IMG/VR virus record: IMGVR_UViG_3300030202_002990
Location: 1-64,000 of that record
DNA length: 64,000 nucleotides
Strand: one strand, 5' to 3'
From: a virus
Position numbers and translations under genes: made by a program. The notes under the pieces are model-generated. The model was not told the DNA's origin. It did no database searches and saw nothing but the letters and a program-made list of their open reading frames with translations. Below, piece by piece: positions 51,190 to 60,424 of the stretch; positions within the stretch are counted from its first letter, which is position 1; every line of letters begins with the position of its first letter.

Positions 51190-51777
51190 TCATAAGCAAC
51201 ACCTTTTATATTTTTTACCACTACCACAATAACAAGGTTCATTACGACCAATCGATTTTTTTGTTACTATTGGTTTTGGTTTATTCTCTCTATCATGAAT
51301 AGTATTACCCATTAGGTGGTCAATTTCGTGTTGGACACATATAGCCTCTAACAATCTTTGTTCTTGGTCTTGCTTCTTACCGTCTTCTTCCCAAGTTCCT
51401 TTAACTTCTTTACCAGTTTCTACTCCACTAAAATACCATTCACTTTCTTCTTGTTCTGTTTTAATAATTATGTTCTTGTATCTTTTTGTGTGTAAACCTC
51501 GTTTTGGATAACTTAAACAGCCTTCGTAGTAATCTACTTCGTCCCATTGTTCCTTGATTTTTGGGTTAATGAGAACCAAAGGTTCAATAACATTGACAAC
51601 GGCCACTTGTGCATCAATTCCCACTTGATTCGCTGCCAACCCAATACCGTCCCCTCTTTTGTTAAGTATCTGAAATAATTCTGTGGCAATAACTCTTCCT
51701 TCTTCAACCGACACCTCTTTTAATTTTTTATTAATTAAGATATTACTATTTTTTGTACAATCGATTACTTTACGCAT
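51190..51777 (-). CDS. def: Peptide deformylase with C-terminal SEC-C motif
   Basis: [24 protein letters not shown]; [18 protein letters not shown]. Confidence 0.93.
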   Translation of the reverse strand: MRKVIDCTKNSNILINKKLKEVSVEEGRVIATELFQILNKRGDGIGLAANQVGIDAQVAVVNVIEPLVLINPKIKEQWDEVDYYEGCLSYPKRGLHTKRYKNIIIKTEQEESEWYFSGVETGKEVKGTWEEDGKKQDQEQRLLEAICVQHEIDHLMGNTIHDRENKPKPIVTKKSIGRNEPCYCGSGKKYKRCCL

Positions 51778-51873
51778 AACATCCCATATCTACTTCGTCA
51801 ATATATTCAACTTTGTCTTGTTGAGTATTACACGAGTTCATCTGTAAAATAAGTAGTAATATAAAAATATTCT

Positions 51874-52155
51874 TCACTTTTCTTTATAACCTGATGTTTG
51901 GTTTACATCTATTTCCGAAATGTATTGTTTAAATCTACCACACTCATCACAAAAAATTGGTTCAATAGAAATCGTTGATGAGTAATCACGAAGCTTTTGT
52001 TCTATATAACCCTCTATCAATTTCCAATCTTCCTTATTACCTTTCATCATGGATGTGTGATTTTTTGATTCTCCACAACATTTAGTTTTGTTTTCACTAT
52101 CATCGTATTTTGGATTTTTCTTTTTCTCAAAATATGCCCTATCAATTTTTACCAT
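51874..52155 (-). CDS. Hypothetical protein with Cys motifs
   Basis: KCCG and FCDECG. Confidence 0.55.
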   Translation of the reverse strand: MVKIDRAYFEKKKNPKYDDSENKTKCCGESKNHTSMMKGNKEDWKLIEGYIEQKLRDYSSTISIEPIFCDECGRFKQYISEIDVNQTSGYKEK

Positions 52156-52476
52156 TTACTTCCTCAATACATTTTTCATTTTAATTAAACTATAAAATTC
52201 ATATAACTCATTACACATCTGTAGTTCTTTCTTTGTCAAAGTCTTACCATCACCTAACATAAAATCTAACTTAGATACAAACTTTAAATCATCTTTCCAC
52301 TCTGATATAAACTCACCCCAACCTTGAGGTTGTGACATTCGTGGTGGTATGATATAATCAGTACCAGGATTACCAGGATTGGTTGGATATTTGTTATCCT
52401 CTGCCCATACAATCATAGTATGGTTCAAATGTTTTATCTTCTTATGAATTTCTGTCAATCTTCTTTCTTTACCCAA
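52156..52476 (-). CDS. Hypothetical protein
   Basis: ORF track; packed minus-strand run. Confidence 0.55.
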   Translation of the reverse strand: MGKERRLTEIHKKIKHLNHTMIVWAEDNKYPTNPGNPGTDYIIPPRMSQPQGWGEFISEWKDDLKFVSKLDFMLGDGKTLTKKELQMCNELYEFYSLIKMKNVLRK

Positions 52477-52685
52477 ACACCTCTAAGGTATTCTTTTAAC
52501 AATCCGTTTTCTGCCCTTCTACGAGTTTTATAATCCTCAAAGGATTCATTCTCAAGTCTTTTAGGTCCTTGTAAACCAGCTGATATTTGGTATCTTTCTT
52601 CTAAATACAATTCCTTTGTAATGTATTTTTGTCTTTCCTTACCTTCACCTGGTTTTGTAATTGGTTTCATTGGTCTCATTGTCAT
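52455..52685 (-). CDS. Hypothetical protein
   Basis: GPKRLENESFEDYKTRR; GGAG SD. Confidence 0.6.
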   Translation of the reverse strand: MTMRPMKPITKPGEGKERQKYITKELYLEERYQISAGLQGPKRLENESFEDYKTRRRAENGLLKEYLRGVWVKKED

Positions 52686-52689
52686 TATG

Positions 52690-52872
52690 TTACTCCCATA
52701 TCCTTGCTAGTCTACGAACAAAACCAAGTGTGGCTCCGAACCCAAACGCTATTCCTGCTATTTGTAATTCACCCCAATACATTGCTATTGAAGCAAGTAA
52801 GTATGCGGTAAATCTAAAAACTCCATAAATTGAAAACTCACTTTGAGCTTGGAGTGCTTCTCTTCTTGTCAT
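52690..52872 (-). CDS. Small membrane protein
   Basis: Two hydrophobic segments; AAGGAG SD. Confidence 0.6.
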   Translation of the reverse strand: MTRREALQAQSEFSIYGVFRFTAYLLASIAMYWGELQIAGIAFGFGATLGFVRRLARIWE

Positions 52873-53509
52873 TATAACTCCTTAAAAGTTAGGTTTATTA
52901 TTATTTTTTGAAATCTCATTTGCTATGTATAGTAAAATACACACCACTAAAAACTCAAACATCTTTTTTCCGTTGTATTCGTTTGGCTTCGATATCTATA
53001 AGATACCACATAACCAAACATCCTACAAACATAATGGTAAACATTATCACTCTTTAACTTCTTTTAAAGAACCTAAGTGAATACCAGTATGTTTTAGATA
53101 CAATTTAGCATCTTCTTTATCTTTAGCTAAAAATGTATAACCTTCATCGGTTGTCCACTTTTTCATATGTGACCAACCCTCTTTATTTTTCTTTGACATT
53201 TATTGTCTCCTTGTATAATTCATCGATTGATTTTGCATCACCACCTTGTTTTATCAAGGCCTCTTTTCTTGTCATTATTGTCATTGGAACATCGGATAGA
53301 TTTAATGGTCTACCATATAAATCACACATAACCTTTTGTTCTAACCATTCTTTTTTAGACATTTATTTTATCCTTTATGTAATGTATTATATCACTAATG
53401 TAAATTGCTATTATTGTAAAGAGTCCAAACCCACTTACTAAAACACTTGGGTGTGATTCTCCACACAACCCTAAAAAGTGTTTAAAGAAATGTATTAAAG
53501 ATTCGAACA

Positions 53510-53956
53510 TTACTTATCTCCGAATTGATGGTTTAAGAAATCCTTTTGTTTCTTAACTGCTTTCTTTAGTTCTGCTCTTTTTTCTGCTTCACGGGCTACA
53601 AGAATCTCTTGTTTACTTCTCCGTTTGGTTTTCTTCTTCTTAGGTGGTACTACCTTAGTAGGTTTCAATGTACCCTTTAACTTAGGTTGTTCCTTACCCA
53701 AGTGATAAACCGTTCCATCTTTATCTACAAACTCTTTCATCCAATGCCATCCAGCTGGTCTACCAGTAGGTGTATATGATGGTTTAGAAGTTTCAGGAAA
53801 TTTCTTGTGAAGCATTCCTGTCAAAGCTCTACTACCAATAACAGACTTACAATCTGTACTGACATTTTTTACTGATTCACCAGTAATTTTACAATCCATG
53901 TACGCTACTCCACCTATGAAGTAACCACCATTTTTTTCAAATGTACTTTTAGCCAT
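53510..53956 (-). CDS. Basic hypothetical protein
   Basis: GRPAGWHWMKEFVDKDGTVYH..GKEQPKLKGTL. Confidence 0.7.
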   Translation of the reverse strand: MAKSTFEKNGGYFIGGVAYMDCKITGESVKNVSTDCKSVIGSRALTGMLHKKFPETSKPSYTPTGRPAGWHWMKEFVDKDGTVYHLGKEQPKLKGTLKPTKVVPPKKKKTKRRSKQEILVAREAEKRAELKKAVKKQKDFLNHQFGDK

Positions 53957-54298
53957 TTAGTTTTCCTCTCTGTTGTTATTTAATTCTATGTAAGGTATAT
54001 TTCTATCGAATAGTATTTCATAACTTAATTCGATATCCCTTTCTTGTTTAATATTCTCTAACCTATTAGATATAGCAGTTTCAATCTTTTTAGCCTGTGG
54101 TGTAAAATCATATCTACTATATACACTTGACCACACAGGAAAATCCTTTGGTACTTTTTTTATTTTAACAATTACCTTACCCTCATCGTAATATTCTTTG
54201 AAGGTTGTTACAGATACTCTGAATCCCATTTTGTTCATCATCGGTGAAAGTTCTTTACGATACTCTGTCGCAAAAGATTTAGCTTCTTGAAAATACAT
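53957..54298 (-). CDS. Hypothetical protein
   Basis: ORF track; abuts both neighbours. Confidence 0.6.
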   Translation of the reverse strand: MYFQEAKSFATEYRKELSPMMNKMGFRVSVTTFKEYYDEGKVIVKIKKVPKDFPVWSSVYSRYDFTPQAKKIETAISNRLENIKQERDIELSYEILFDRNIPYIELNNNREEN

Positions 54299-54546
54299 TA
54301 TTTATTCCCTTTAGTTAGTTTTTCAAATTTTTTATTTTGTATTTGAATTATATGTTTACATTTAGATATTTTATGTCTTCTACGAAAAGTAAATGCTGGA
54401 CAACTACAACTCCATTCAACTCTACTTCTATCAAATGTAATCTTATATGGTTTTCCCTCTATACTATGAACCTCTCTATCATAGTCATCAAGGATAATCC
54501 CATCAAACTTATCTACTATGTAATCTATTAATTGTTGATTTGTCAT
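54298..54546 (-). CDS. SWIM zinc-finger protein
   Basis: WSCSCPAFTFR...CKHI. Confidence 0.8.
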   Translation of the reverse strand: MTNQQLIDYIVDKFDGIILDDYDREVHSIEGKPYKITFDRSRVEWSCSCPAFTFRRRHKISKCKHIIQIQNKKFEKLTKGNK

Positions 54547-54551
54547 ATACG

Positions 54552-54580
54552 AACTTACGAATAATATTTGATAAAGTCAA
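54552..54580 (-). promoter_or_regulatory. Sigma70-type promoter
   Basis: TTGACT-N17-TAAGTT. Confidence 0.6.
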
Positions 54581-54588
54581 GGCTTTTT

Positions 54589-55536
54589 TTAAAAAAATTT
54601 ATTATCTTCATTACTAACATTGTCCAACCATTCTTTTCCCAAGTTACAAAACTTAGAATCTAATTCACCAATTATAAAATTTCTATTTAGATTTTTACAA
54701 CTTACAGCTGTACTACACGAACCACCAAAAAAGTCTAATACAATATCACCTTCATTTGTACCACACTCTATTATTCTATTCATCAGTTTTAATGGTTTTT
54801 GTGTTGGGTGAAATTTAATCTTTCTATATTCTCTATCATAGAAATTAATATCATCAAATACATCAGTTACACCAGTTGGTGTATTGAATTTATACACGAT
54901 ATCTTCATACTTTGGTAATCCACCAAATAAAGTACTTAGTTTTTCCCAATCTACTTTCGTAGGTTCTTGTAAGGTTTTTTGTCTCAATCCTGCTATACTA
55001 CTCCAAGTACCACCACCATTACTAGCCTTTCCAAGATACTCATTAATTTCTTTTGATGTTAGGTTTAGCCTTTCTCTGTGAGATTGTAGTAACTCTCTTA
55101 TGTAGTTTTTACTATCTACATAATAGAAGTTACAATGTTCAGTTGTGGTTGGATACATTTTTAATTTATCTGATATCCTACCAGCTGCACTTTGTAATCC
55201 TTTCCAAATAACTATATCTTGTTTGAATGTAAAACCATTATTCTCAAAATTATTTATCAATTTCATCAATTGATATGAAAAACCAAATATGTAAAATGAA
55301 CCACTCCGTTTCAAAACTCTCTTAGATTCACTTATCCACTCTTCACACCATTCAACATAATCATCAATAGTTTTCCATTGTCTATCCCACTTTTCATTTA
55401 CAACATTCATATATGGTGGGTCAATAACAATACAATCTATCGACTTGTCAGGTAGTTGATTTAACAACTCAATACAATCGGAGTTGTGTATTTTGTTTAT
55501 ATGTTTATCTACTGAGTTCACCTCGTTCCTTTCCAA
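54589..55536 (-). CDS. Beta-class DNA amino-methyltransferase
   Basis: IDPPY precedes HPTQKP and VLDFFGGS. Confidence 0.92.
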   Translation of the reverse strand: MERNEVNSVDKHINKIHNSDCIELLNQLPDKSIDCIVIDPPYMNVVNEKWDRQWKTIDDYVEWCEEWISESKRVLKRSGSFYIFGFSYQLMKLINNFENNGFTFKQDIVIWKGLQSAAGRISDKLKMYPTTTEHCNFYYVDSKNYIRELLQSHRERLNLTSKEINEYLGKASNGGGTWSSIAGLRQKTLQEPTKVDWEKLSTLFGGLPKYEDIVYKFNTPTGVTDVFDDINFYDREYRKIKFHPTQKPLKLMNRIIECGTNEGDIVLDFFGGSCSTAVSCKNLNRNFIIGELDSKFCNLGKEWLDNVSNEDNKFF

Positions 55537-56305
55537 ATGATTTTTTATTCATGATTTCTTCCACAGATAGTTTATAGAATTTCTCATCACCAATTTCAGG
55601 TTCTTTGTTCTCTGTATTTAAATAGTTTATTTCAACTCCATCCTTCGAAATAGTTGCGTCAAGATGAAGACATGGTGAAGACCTATAGAAATCTTGTCCA
55701 AGAGGCATAAAATTTATACCATTACTTTTTGGTGAATTGAATTGTCTTGTGGCGTATTCGGTCAAGTATTTATCTTTGGTTTCTATGAACCAACTTCTCA
55801 GGTGAAACACCCTACATTCAGAATCAAATGTTTCAGGTTCTAATAGAGTCAATCTATAACCTTTCATCTCATCAATATACTCAAGGTGAGACTTTGATGC
55901 GATACCGAATCTTGAATCCTTTGAGTATTTACCCAAATCCTCTGAACCACAAACTGGACATTTAGAAAGGAAGAACATAACCTTTTTATAGTTCCAAATT
56001 TTCTTACCATTTTTATTAACACGACCATCCCAAGTTTTACAACTATTACAATTTCTTGATTGTAAACGATTTGAGAATTTACTTTCCCCCTTGTCGTATG
56101 TATCCCAACCACTTCCACCACTTCCCATACATAGAGTGTCATACATACATGCGTGTAACATCTCTGTGAAACTATCCCCTAACGGGTCAAATGGTTGGTT
56201 GTATCTTTGGTGAAATTTTATACCAACTTCGATATCACCAAGTTGATATTCGAGAAGTTCTTTAACTTCTTGTTTTTTATCTTTCATAATAACCTCATTA
56301 ATCAT
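55505..56305 (-). CDS. Putative restriction endonuclease (MamI-like PD-(D/E)XK with zinc ribbons)
   Basis: GSGGSGWD..DKGESK..RLQSRNCNSC, CPVCGS, DSRF; overlaps the MTase gene. Confidence 0.6.
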   Translation of the reverse strand: MINEVIMKDKKQEVKELLEYQLGDIEVGIKFHQRYNQPFDPLGDSFTEMLHACMYDTLCMGSGGSGWDTYDKGESKFSNRLQSRNCNSCKTWDGRVNKNGKKIWNYKKVMFFLSKCPVCGSEDLGKYSKDSRFGIASKSHLEYIDEMKGYRLTLLEPETFDSECRVFHLRSWFIETKDKYLTEYATRQFNSPKSNGINFMPLGQDFYRSSPCLHLDATISKDGVEINYLNTENKEPEIGDEKFYKLSVEEIMNKKSFGKERGELSR

Positions 56306-56310
56306 ATATG

Positions 56311-56347
56311 AATATAATACTAAAAACCTATACGAGTCAAGTCTTTT
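56311..56347 (-). promoter_or_regulatory. Sigma70-type promoter, copy 1 of a 19-bp direct repeat
   Basis: TTGACT-N18-TATATT; TATACGAGTCAAGTCTTTT at 56329-56347. Confidence 0.6.
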
Positions 56348-56353
56348 TTTAAA

Positions 56354-56914
56354 TTATTTTAAAATAATTTTTATTGAATCGGTTTCCCAACTTGTATACC
56401 AACCACCCCAACTATACCAAATTGTCATCGTATCTCCAATCATGGATTGTACAGGTGCTATCATTGTATTTACTTCACCATCTGAATTACTATAACTGGC
56501 TGGATTGATTGTAGGTACTTCTTGTCCATCAAAACCAACAACATAGGATGTATCATAGCTAACCCATTCTAAATCATCGGTCAAACCTTGTCTAATCCAA
56601 AAACCTAATGTGTCTCCGAGAGTCCAATAATGTGAAGATTCCCATTCTACCCTACAACTCACAACGGGCTGATTTGTAGCAGAATCTACAATAGAACCAC
56701 TTAGTCTATGTAGTGTTTGCCAATTAGTTGTATCGATATTCAAATGATAATAACCATTTCCATCTTGTTCTAATCTTGGGTTTTCATCAAACCAAAATGT
56801 TTGTGAAAATGGTTCATCAGGTGTTTCAATAACCTCATCAACAGGTTCCAACATAAAGTTAGAATCACTACAACCAATTAAAAATAAAAATAATATTGGA
56901 ATAAACCTAAACAT
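56354..56914 (-). CDS. Putative lipoprotein
   Basis: MFRFIPILFLFLIGC lipobox; Ig-like pattern. Confidence 0.7.
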   Translation of the reverse strand: MFRFIPILFLFLIGCSDSNFMLEPVDEVIETPDEPFSQTFWFDENPRLEQDGNGYYHLNIDTTNWQTLHRLSGSIVDSATNQPVVSCRVEWESSHYWTLGDTLGFWIRQGLTDDLEWVSYDTSYVVGFDGQEVPTINPASYSNSDGEVNTMIAPVQSMIGDTMTIWYSWGGWYTSWETDSIKIILK

Positions 56915-57245
56915 AATACTCTCCTATTGTTTCTTGTAAATTACCATACATTAAAAGTGCTGTTAAAAGTTCCTCATCATTATCTGTCCATTCATCATTG
57001 GGTTTATCTTCCCAAAGAATCTCACCAGTATCATGATTGTAAATTTGATGAACCATAACATCCCCATCATCTTCATACCAAACAACAGACAATGTAAATA
57101 TTTGAGTATACTCATTTTCAGGTATAAAACCTAACTCATTCATAAGGTCAATCAATGGAACATTTAATATTTTATGTTTCCCATCAACATAGACATCCTT
57201 ACCGAGTAAGTATTGTTTTCCATATAGTGTTTCTTGATAATTCAT
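56907..57245 (-). CDS. Hypothetical acidic protein
   Basis: AAGGAG SD; 112 aa. Confidence 0.65.
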   Translation of the reverse strand: MNYQETLYGKQYLLGKDVYVDGKHKILNVPLIDLMNELGFIPENEYTQIFTLSVVWYEDDGDVMVHQIYNHDTGEILWEDKPNDEWTDNDEELLTALLMYGNLQETIGEYYV

Positions 57246-57272
57246 TTTTTAACTCCTTTTAATTTCTACAAG

Positions 57273-57309
57273 AATATACGGTAAAAACTATATACGAGTC
57301 AAGTCTTTT
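57273..57309 (-). promoter_or_regulatory. Sigma70-type promoter, copy 2 of the 19-bp direct repeat
   Basis: TTGACT-N18-TATATT; TATACGAGTCAAGTCTTTT at 57291-57309. Confidence 0.6.
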
Positions 57310-57311
57310 CT

Positions 57312-57698
57312 TTACTTTTTTTGATATTTTGATAAATCCAAATTAGGTAAGGGTTTTTCTATTTTTAAATCCTTGAGTTTTGAATTTGCTACAACTAATT
57401 TTGCACCACCTACTATTTGTCCATTGACAACATGATAGATAAAGAATACAGTTTTCCACAAACCGACTCTTACGATACGGCCGGGCTCACCATCGACTTC
57501 AACGACATCATCTTCGTTGTAATCATTTCCAAGAAAAACCATTATACCATCAACGGCTTCTCGTATGGTGTTTTGAAATAATAAGACCACGATACCTGAA
57601 GCAAATAACCAACCATACTCACCGATTAGGGCTTGTAATTGAGCTTCCATTTGAGTTCCTCTGTTGCTGGTTTTATGACCTTGTGGGAGAACACCCAC
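57312..57698 (-). CDS. Minimal MscS-like protein (TM3 + beta domain; start likely MEAQLQ)
   Basis: LLFQNTIREAVDGIMVF...DDVVEVDGEPGRIVRVGLWKT...VVANSKL. Confidence 0.7.
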   Translation of the reverse strand: MGVLPQGHKTSNRGTQMEAQLQALIGEYGWLFASGIVVLLFQNTIREAVDGIMVFLGNDYNEDDVVEVDGEPGRIVRVGLWKTVFFIYHVVNGQIVGGAKLVVANSKLKDLKIEKPLPNLDLSKYQKK

Positions 57699-57717
57699 TA
57701 ATATATAAATATCTAAG

Positions 57718-57984
57718 TTATTTTTTAAAACCTAACAATTTTAAATTATGTGATATAAAACCACCTATCTCAGGTTTACCACATTTACTTCTATATATGT
57801 TTTCTAATCTCGTCCAAGGACAATCCAATGTCCTACTGAATCCCAAGTGCATTATCCAAGCACATATTGGAAATGATATCCAAAATGGTTCATTCAATAA
57901 CACTAAAGGTATTGTTACTATGGTTGATATTAAGAATAACCAATGTAATAATTGAATTATAAATAATATTATATGATTTATCAT
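57718..57984 (-). CDS. Membrane protein (DUF2784-like)
   Basis: LLHWLF; CPWTRLENIYR; GFISH. Confidence 0.6.
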   Translation of the reverse strand: MINHIILFIIQLLHWLFLISTIVTIPLVLLNEPFWISFPICAWIMHLGFSRTLDCPWTRLENIYRSKCGKPEIGGFISHNLKLLGFKK

Positions 57985-58943
57985 TTGTTATGTACTATTG
58001 CCCCTCGACCAAAAGTTTTAGTTGGTTTTTCTTCGGGTTCGAATACTCCACCACCTGGTTCCTCTTCTTCTTGTGTAACCTTTTTAGACTTTTTTACTTC
58101 TTCCTTTTCAGGTTTAAATGTTTCCGTTACAACCTTCTCTATCATAGATTTACCTTCTTTATATAATCCAAGTCGTTTAGGTTTCTTTTTCTGTTTTTCT
58201 GTTTTTTCAGATTCATCAGGGCCCTGTTCATCTCTCATCCTAACTTGTAGCGTAAGGTTGTAAGATATGACCAATACAACAGCAAGTGGGTCGAATACTG
58301 CTATTAACATAAAGATAAAATACTTAACAACCGTATCCACATCTGTGTTGAATACTCTCGCAAGAAATATTGCAGGTCCTACATCAACACCAGTTTCTAC
58401 CAAGGCTATCTTCAAGTCACCAACCTCTTGTTTAAGATTCATCATATCCTCATTGATTTGATTTATCTTTGGTTGGTATTCCTCTCTGAGTTTTCTTTTA
58501 GCAGTTCTGTAATTATCTGGTAGTTCGTCAACAGCCGCTTCCAACTCTTCTTTTAAGAATTTTTTATCTTCTGTTAGTTGGTCTAACCTATCTTGTTTAT
58601 ATAATAGGGCAGTCGATTCCTTTTCGAATGATGCTGTAGCACCTTGATAGGCATTCGATAGAAAGCCAAAGATACCAGCACTCGTTATCACCACAAGAGT
58701 TACCACTCCTATGATTAAATAAGTTTTCATGAATCGATTTATATCATCCCAATATCTGTATAGGAATGATGCTGTTACCAACTTGGCAAACTCAAGTGAA
58801 CCAGCCATGATTACTACTGCTAAGGCCGCTCCACTAAAGAGTTTTGATAAACCAAATACTGAATAAAACGCTGCTGAACCTGCGACTAAAAATGCCGCAA
58901 GGCCAACTAAATATGGAAATAACCTACTATTCTTAGTTTCCAC
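57981..58943 (-). CDS. Multi-TM coiled-coil phage protein
   Basis: AAFYSVFGL, LEFAKLV, TSAGIFGFLS, coiled coil, VDVGP, FDPLAV. Confidence 0.75.
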   Translation of the reverse strand: METKNSRLFPYLVGLAAFLVAGSAAFYSVFGLSKLFSGAALAVVIMAGSLEFAKLVTASFLYRYWDDINRFMKTYLIIGVVTLVVITSAGIFGFLSNAYQGATASFEKESTALLYKQDRLDQLTEDKKFLKEELEAAVDELPDNYRTAKRKLREEYQPKINQINEDMMNLKQEVGDLKIALVETGVDVGPAIFLARVFNTDVDTVVKYFIFMLIAVFDPLAVVLVISYNLTLQVRMRDEQGPDESEKTEKQKKKPKRLGLYKEGKSMIEKVVTETFKPEKEEVKKSKKVTQEEEEPGGGVFEPEEKPTKTFGRGAIVHNK

Positions 58944-58959
58944 ACTTTTTCTCCGTTAG

Positions 58960-59142
58960 TTAATCTTCTATTTCTATTAGGTTTTGTATTCTCTCTACAA
59001 GTTGTTCGATATTTGACATTTCCCTAAAGAAAATATCAGGTGGAATTGTTGCACCATTTGGGCCTATATAATTCGCCTTCAATCGTTCAACTTGTGTTTG
59101 TAACTGGTCGAGTTTAGTTTCGATTTGGTCTTTTCTTAACAT
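58960..59142 (-). CDS. Small coiled-coil protein
   Basis: ORF track. Confidence 0.55.
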   Translation of the reverse strand: MLRKDQIETKLDQLQTQVERLKANYIGPNGATIPPDIFFREMSNIEQLVERIQNLIEIED

Positions 59143-59155
59143 AATTTACTTTACT

Positions 59156-59338
59156 TTACTTTGCTTCTTCAACTGAAGCTTTACGATACTCAGTAACAAG
59201 TTTCTTAATTTCACCGATAGATTTTCTAGCTCTTCCACCAGCCGCTTTATTACCCCTTTCAGCATTTACTTTATGGTTTTCTTCAAATGATTCCCATAAT
59301 TCACTTAACTGATTGAATAATTCATTACTTGTTGCCAT
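59156..59338 (-). CDS. Histone H1-like (Hc1-like) nucleoid protein
   Basis: GNKAAGGRARKSIGEIKKLVTEYRKASV. Confidence 0.8.
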   Translation of the reverse strand: MATSNELFNQLSELWESFEENHKVNAERGNKAAGGRARKSIGEIKKLVTEYRKASVEEAK

Positions 59339-59888
59339 TTTCTTTCTCCTTTACACCCATAACATTCAATATGTGTTTTTTAAGTTGAGGTCGATTCTCT
59401 TTTTCTGAATGAACCCACAACCACGCGAATGTTTGTTTTATTTCACTAATTTTAGATTCTATATTGTTTATACTTTTTTCTAAAAATACAGAATCATTAT
59501 CCTCAACATCAGTAATATCAATTTCAAGTTCCTCAGCTATCTGAGTAACTCTTGACCAATCTTTCTTTTCAACTGATTGTTGAGCTTCTTTATATAGTTC
59601 CACTAACCTATCACTATCATCATTGTTGATGTTCTTATCAGGATGGGTTTTTGTGGCTATCTTTTTAAATACTTTGTTTACTTTTTCTTTAGGAATATCA
59701 AATTCTATATCTTCATCTACTCTTGATACTTTTTTAGTTTGGTCGAAGTCTTCTAAATATTCAACAAAATCGTTTTGAAATTCAACAAGACTATTCCGAA
59801 ATATCCATTGTGTTTCTTCGAGTTCTACTCTTAGATAATCTGATTTTAATTTAAGTTTTTTATTTTTTAATTCCTCTTGAAAGTCCAC
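59325..59888 (-). CDS. J-domain (DnaJ-like) protein
   Basis: KVFKKIATKTHPDK with the HPD motif. Confidence 0.75.
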   Translation of the reverse strand: MDFQEELKNKKLKLKSDYLRVELEETQWIFRNSLVEFQNDFVEYLEDFDQTKKVSRVDEDIEFDIPKEKVNKVFKKIATKTHPDKNINNDDSDRLVELYKEAQQSVEKKDWSRVTQIAEELEIDITDVEDNDSVFLEKSINNIESKISEIKQTFAWLWVHSEKENRPQLKKHILNVMGVKEKENGNK

Positions 59889-59889
59889 A

Positions 59890-60093
59890 TCATGCCTGTG
59901 CTATCGTATCCTTGTTTAACCAACAATATAAACTATCCCTTTCATCCTTTGTTAACTCATCAAAAAATTCAACTGGTAAAGTATATTCCTCAATCCGTTC
60001 ATCATCTGTTTCGTGTAATACTTTAGGTTCAATTTCAATTTCTTTGAGTTTTTTAATCAAATTATCAAATAATTTATTTGGTTTGTTTGGCAT
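59890..60093 (-). CDS. Hypothetical protein
   Basis: GAGGAG SD and CTATTTAT motif upstream. Confidence 0.6.
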   Translation of the reverse strand: MPNKPNKLFDNLIKKLKEIEIEPKVLHETDDERIEEYTLPVEFFDELTKDERDSLYCWLNKDTIAQA

Positions 60094-60129
60094 TTAATTC
60101 TCCTCAGTATATAAATAGTTGAATTTTCT

Positions 60130-60324
60130 TTAAATGTCCGTAAATTCAGCATCGAGAATAGTTCTCACAAAGTAAAAATCATTACCATTTCTCAATACAG
60201 CATCGACATTCCAACATTGTTTCCAATATTCTGTACCCTTTTCATTAGTTGATTCTACGGATTGTACACCAATGCACTCATATAGGGTATCATTAACTTT
60301 TATTAATTTGTTAAATCTACCCAA
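60130..60324 (-). CDS. Hypothetical protein
   Basis: TTG start with AGGAG SD. Confidence 0.6.
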   Translation of the reverse strand: MGRFNKLIKVNDTLYECIGVQSVESTNEKGTEYWKQCWNVDAVLRNGNDFYFVRTILDAEFTDI

Positions 60325-60424
60325 TATAAGTTCTCCTATGGATTAATGAGGCCACCCTTACGCTACACACTTTCCCGTTGCTTTGATTATATGTGAAAAG
60401 AACGGAAAAACACCTCCTCATTAA

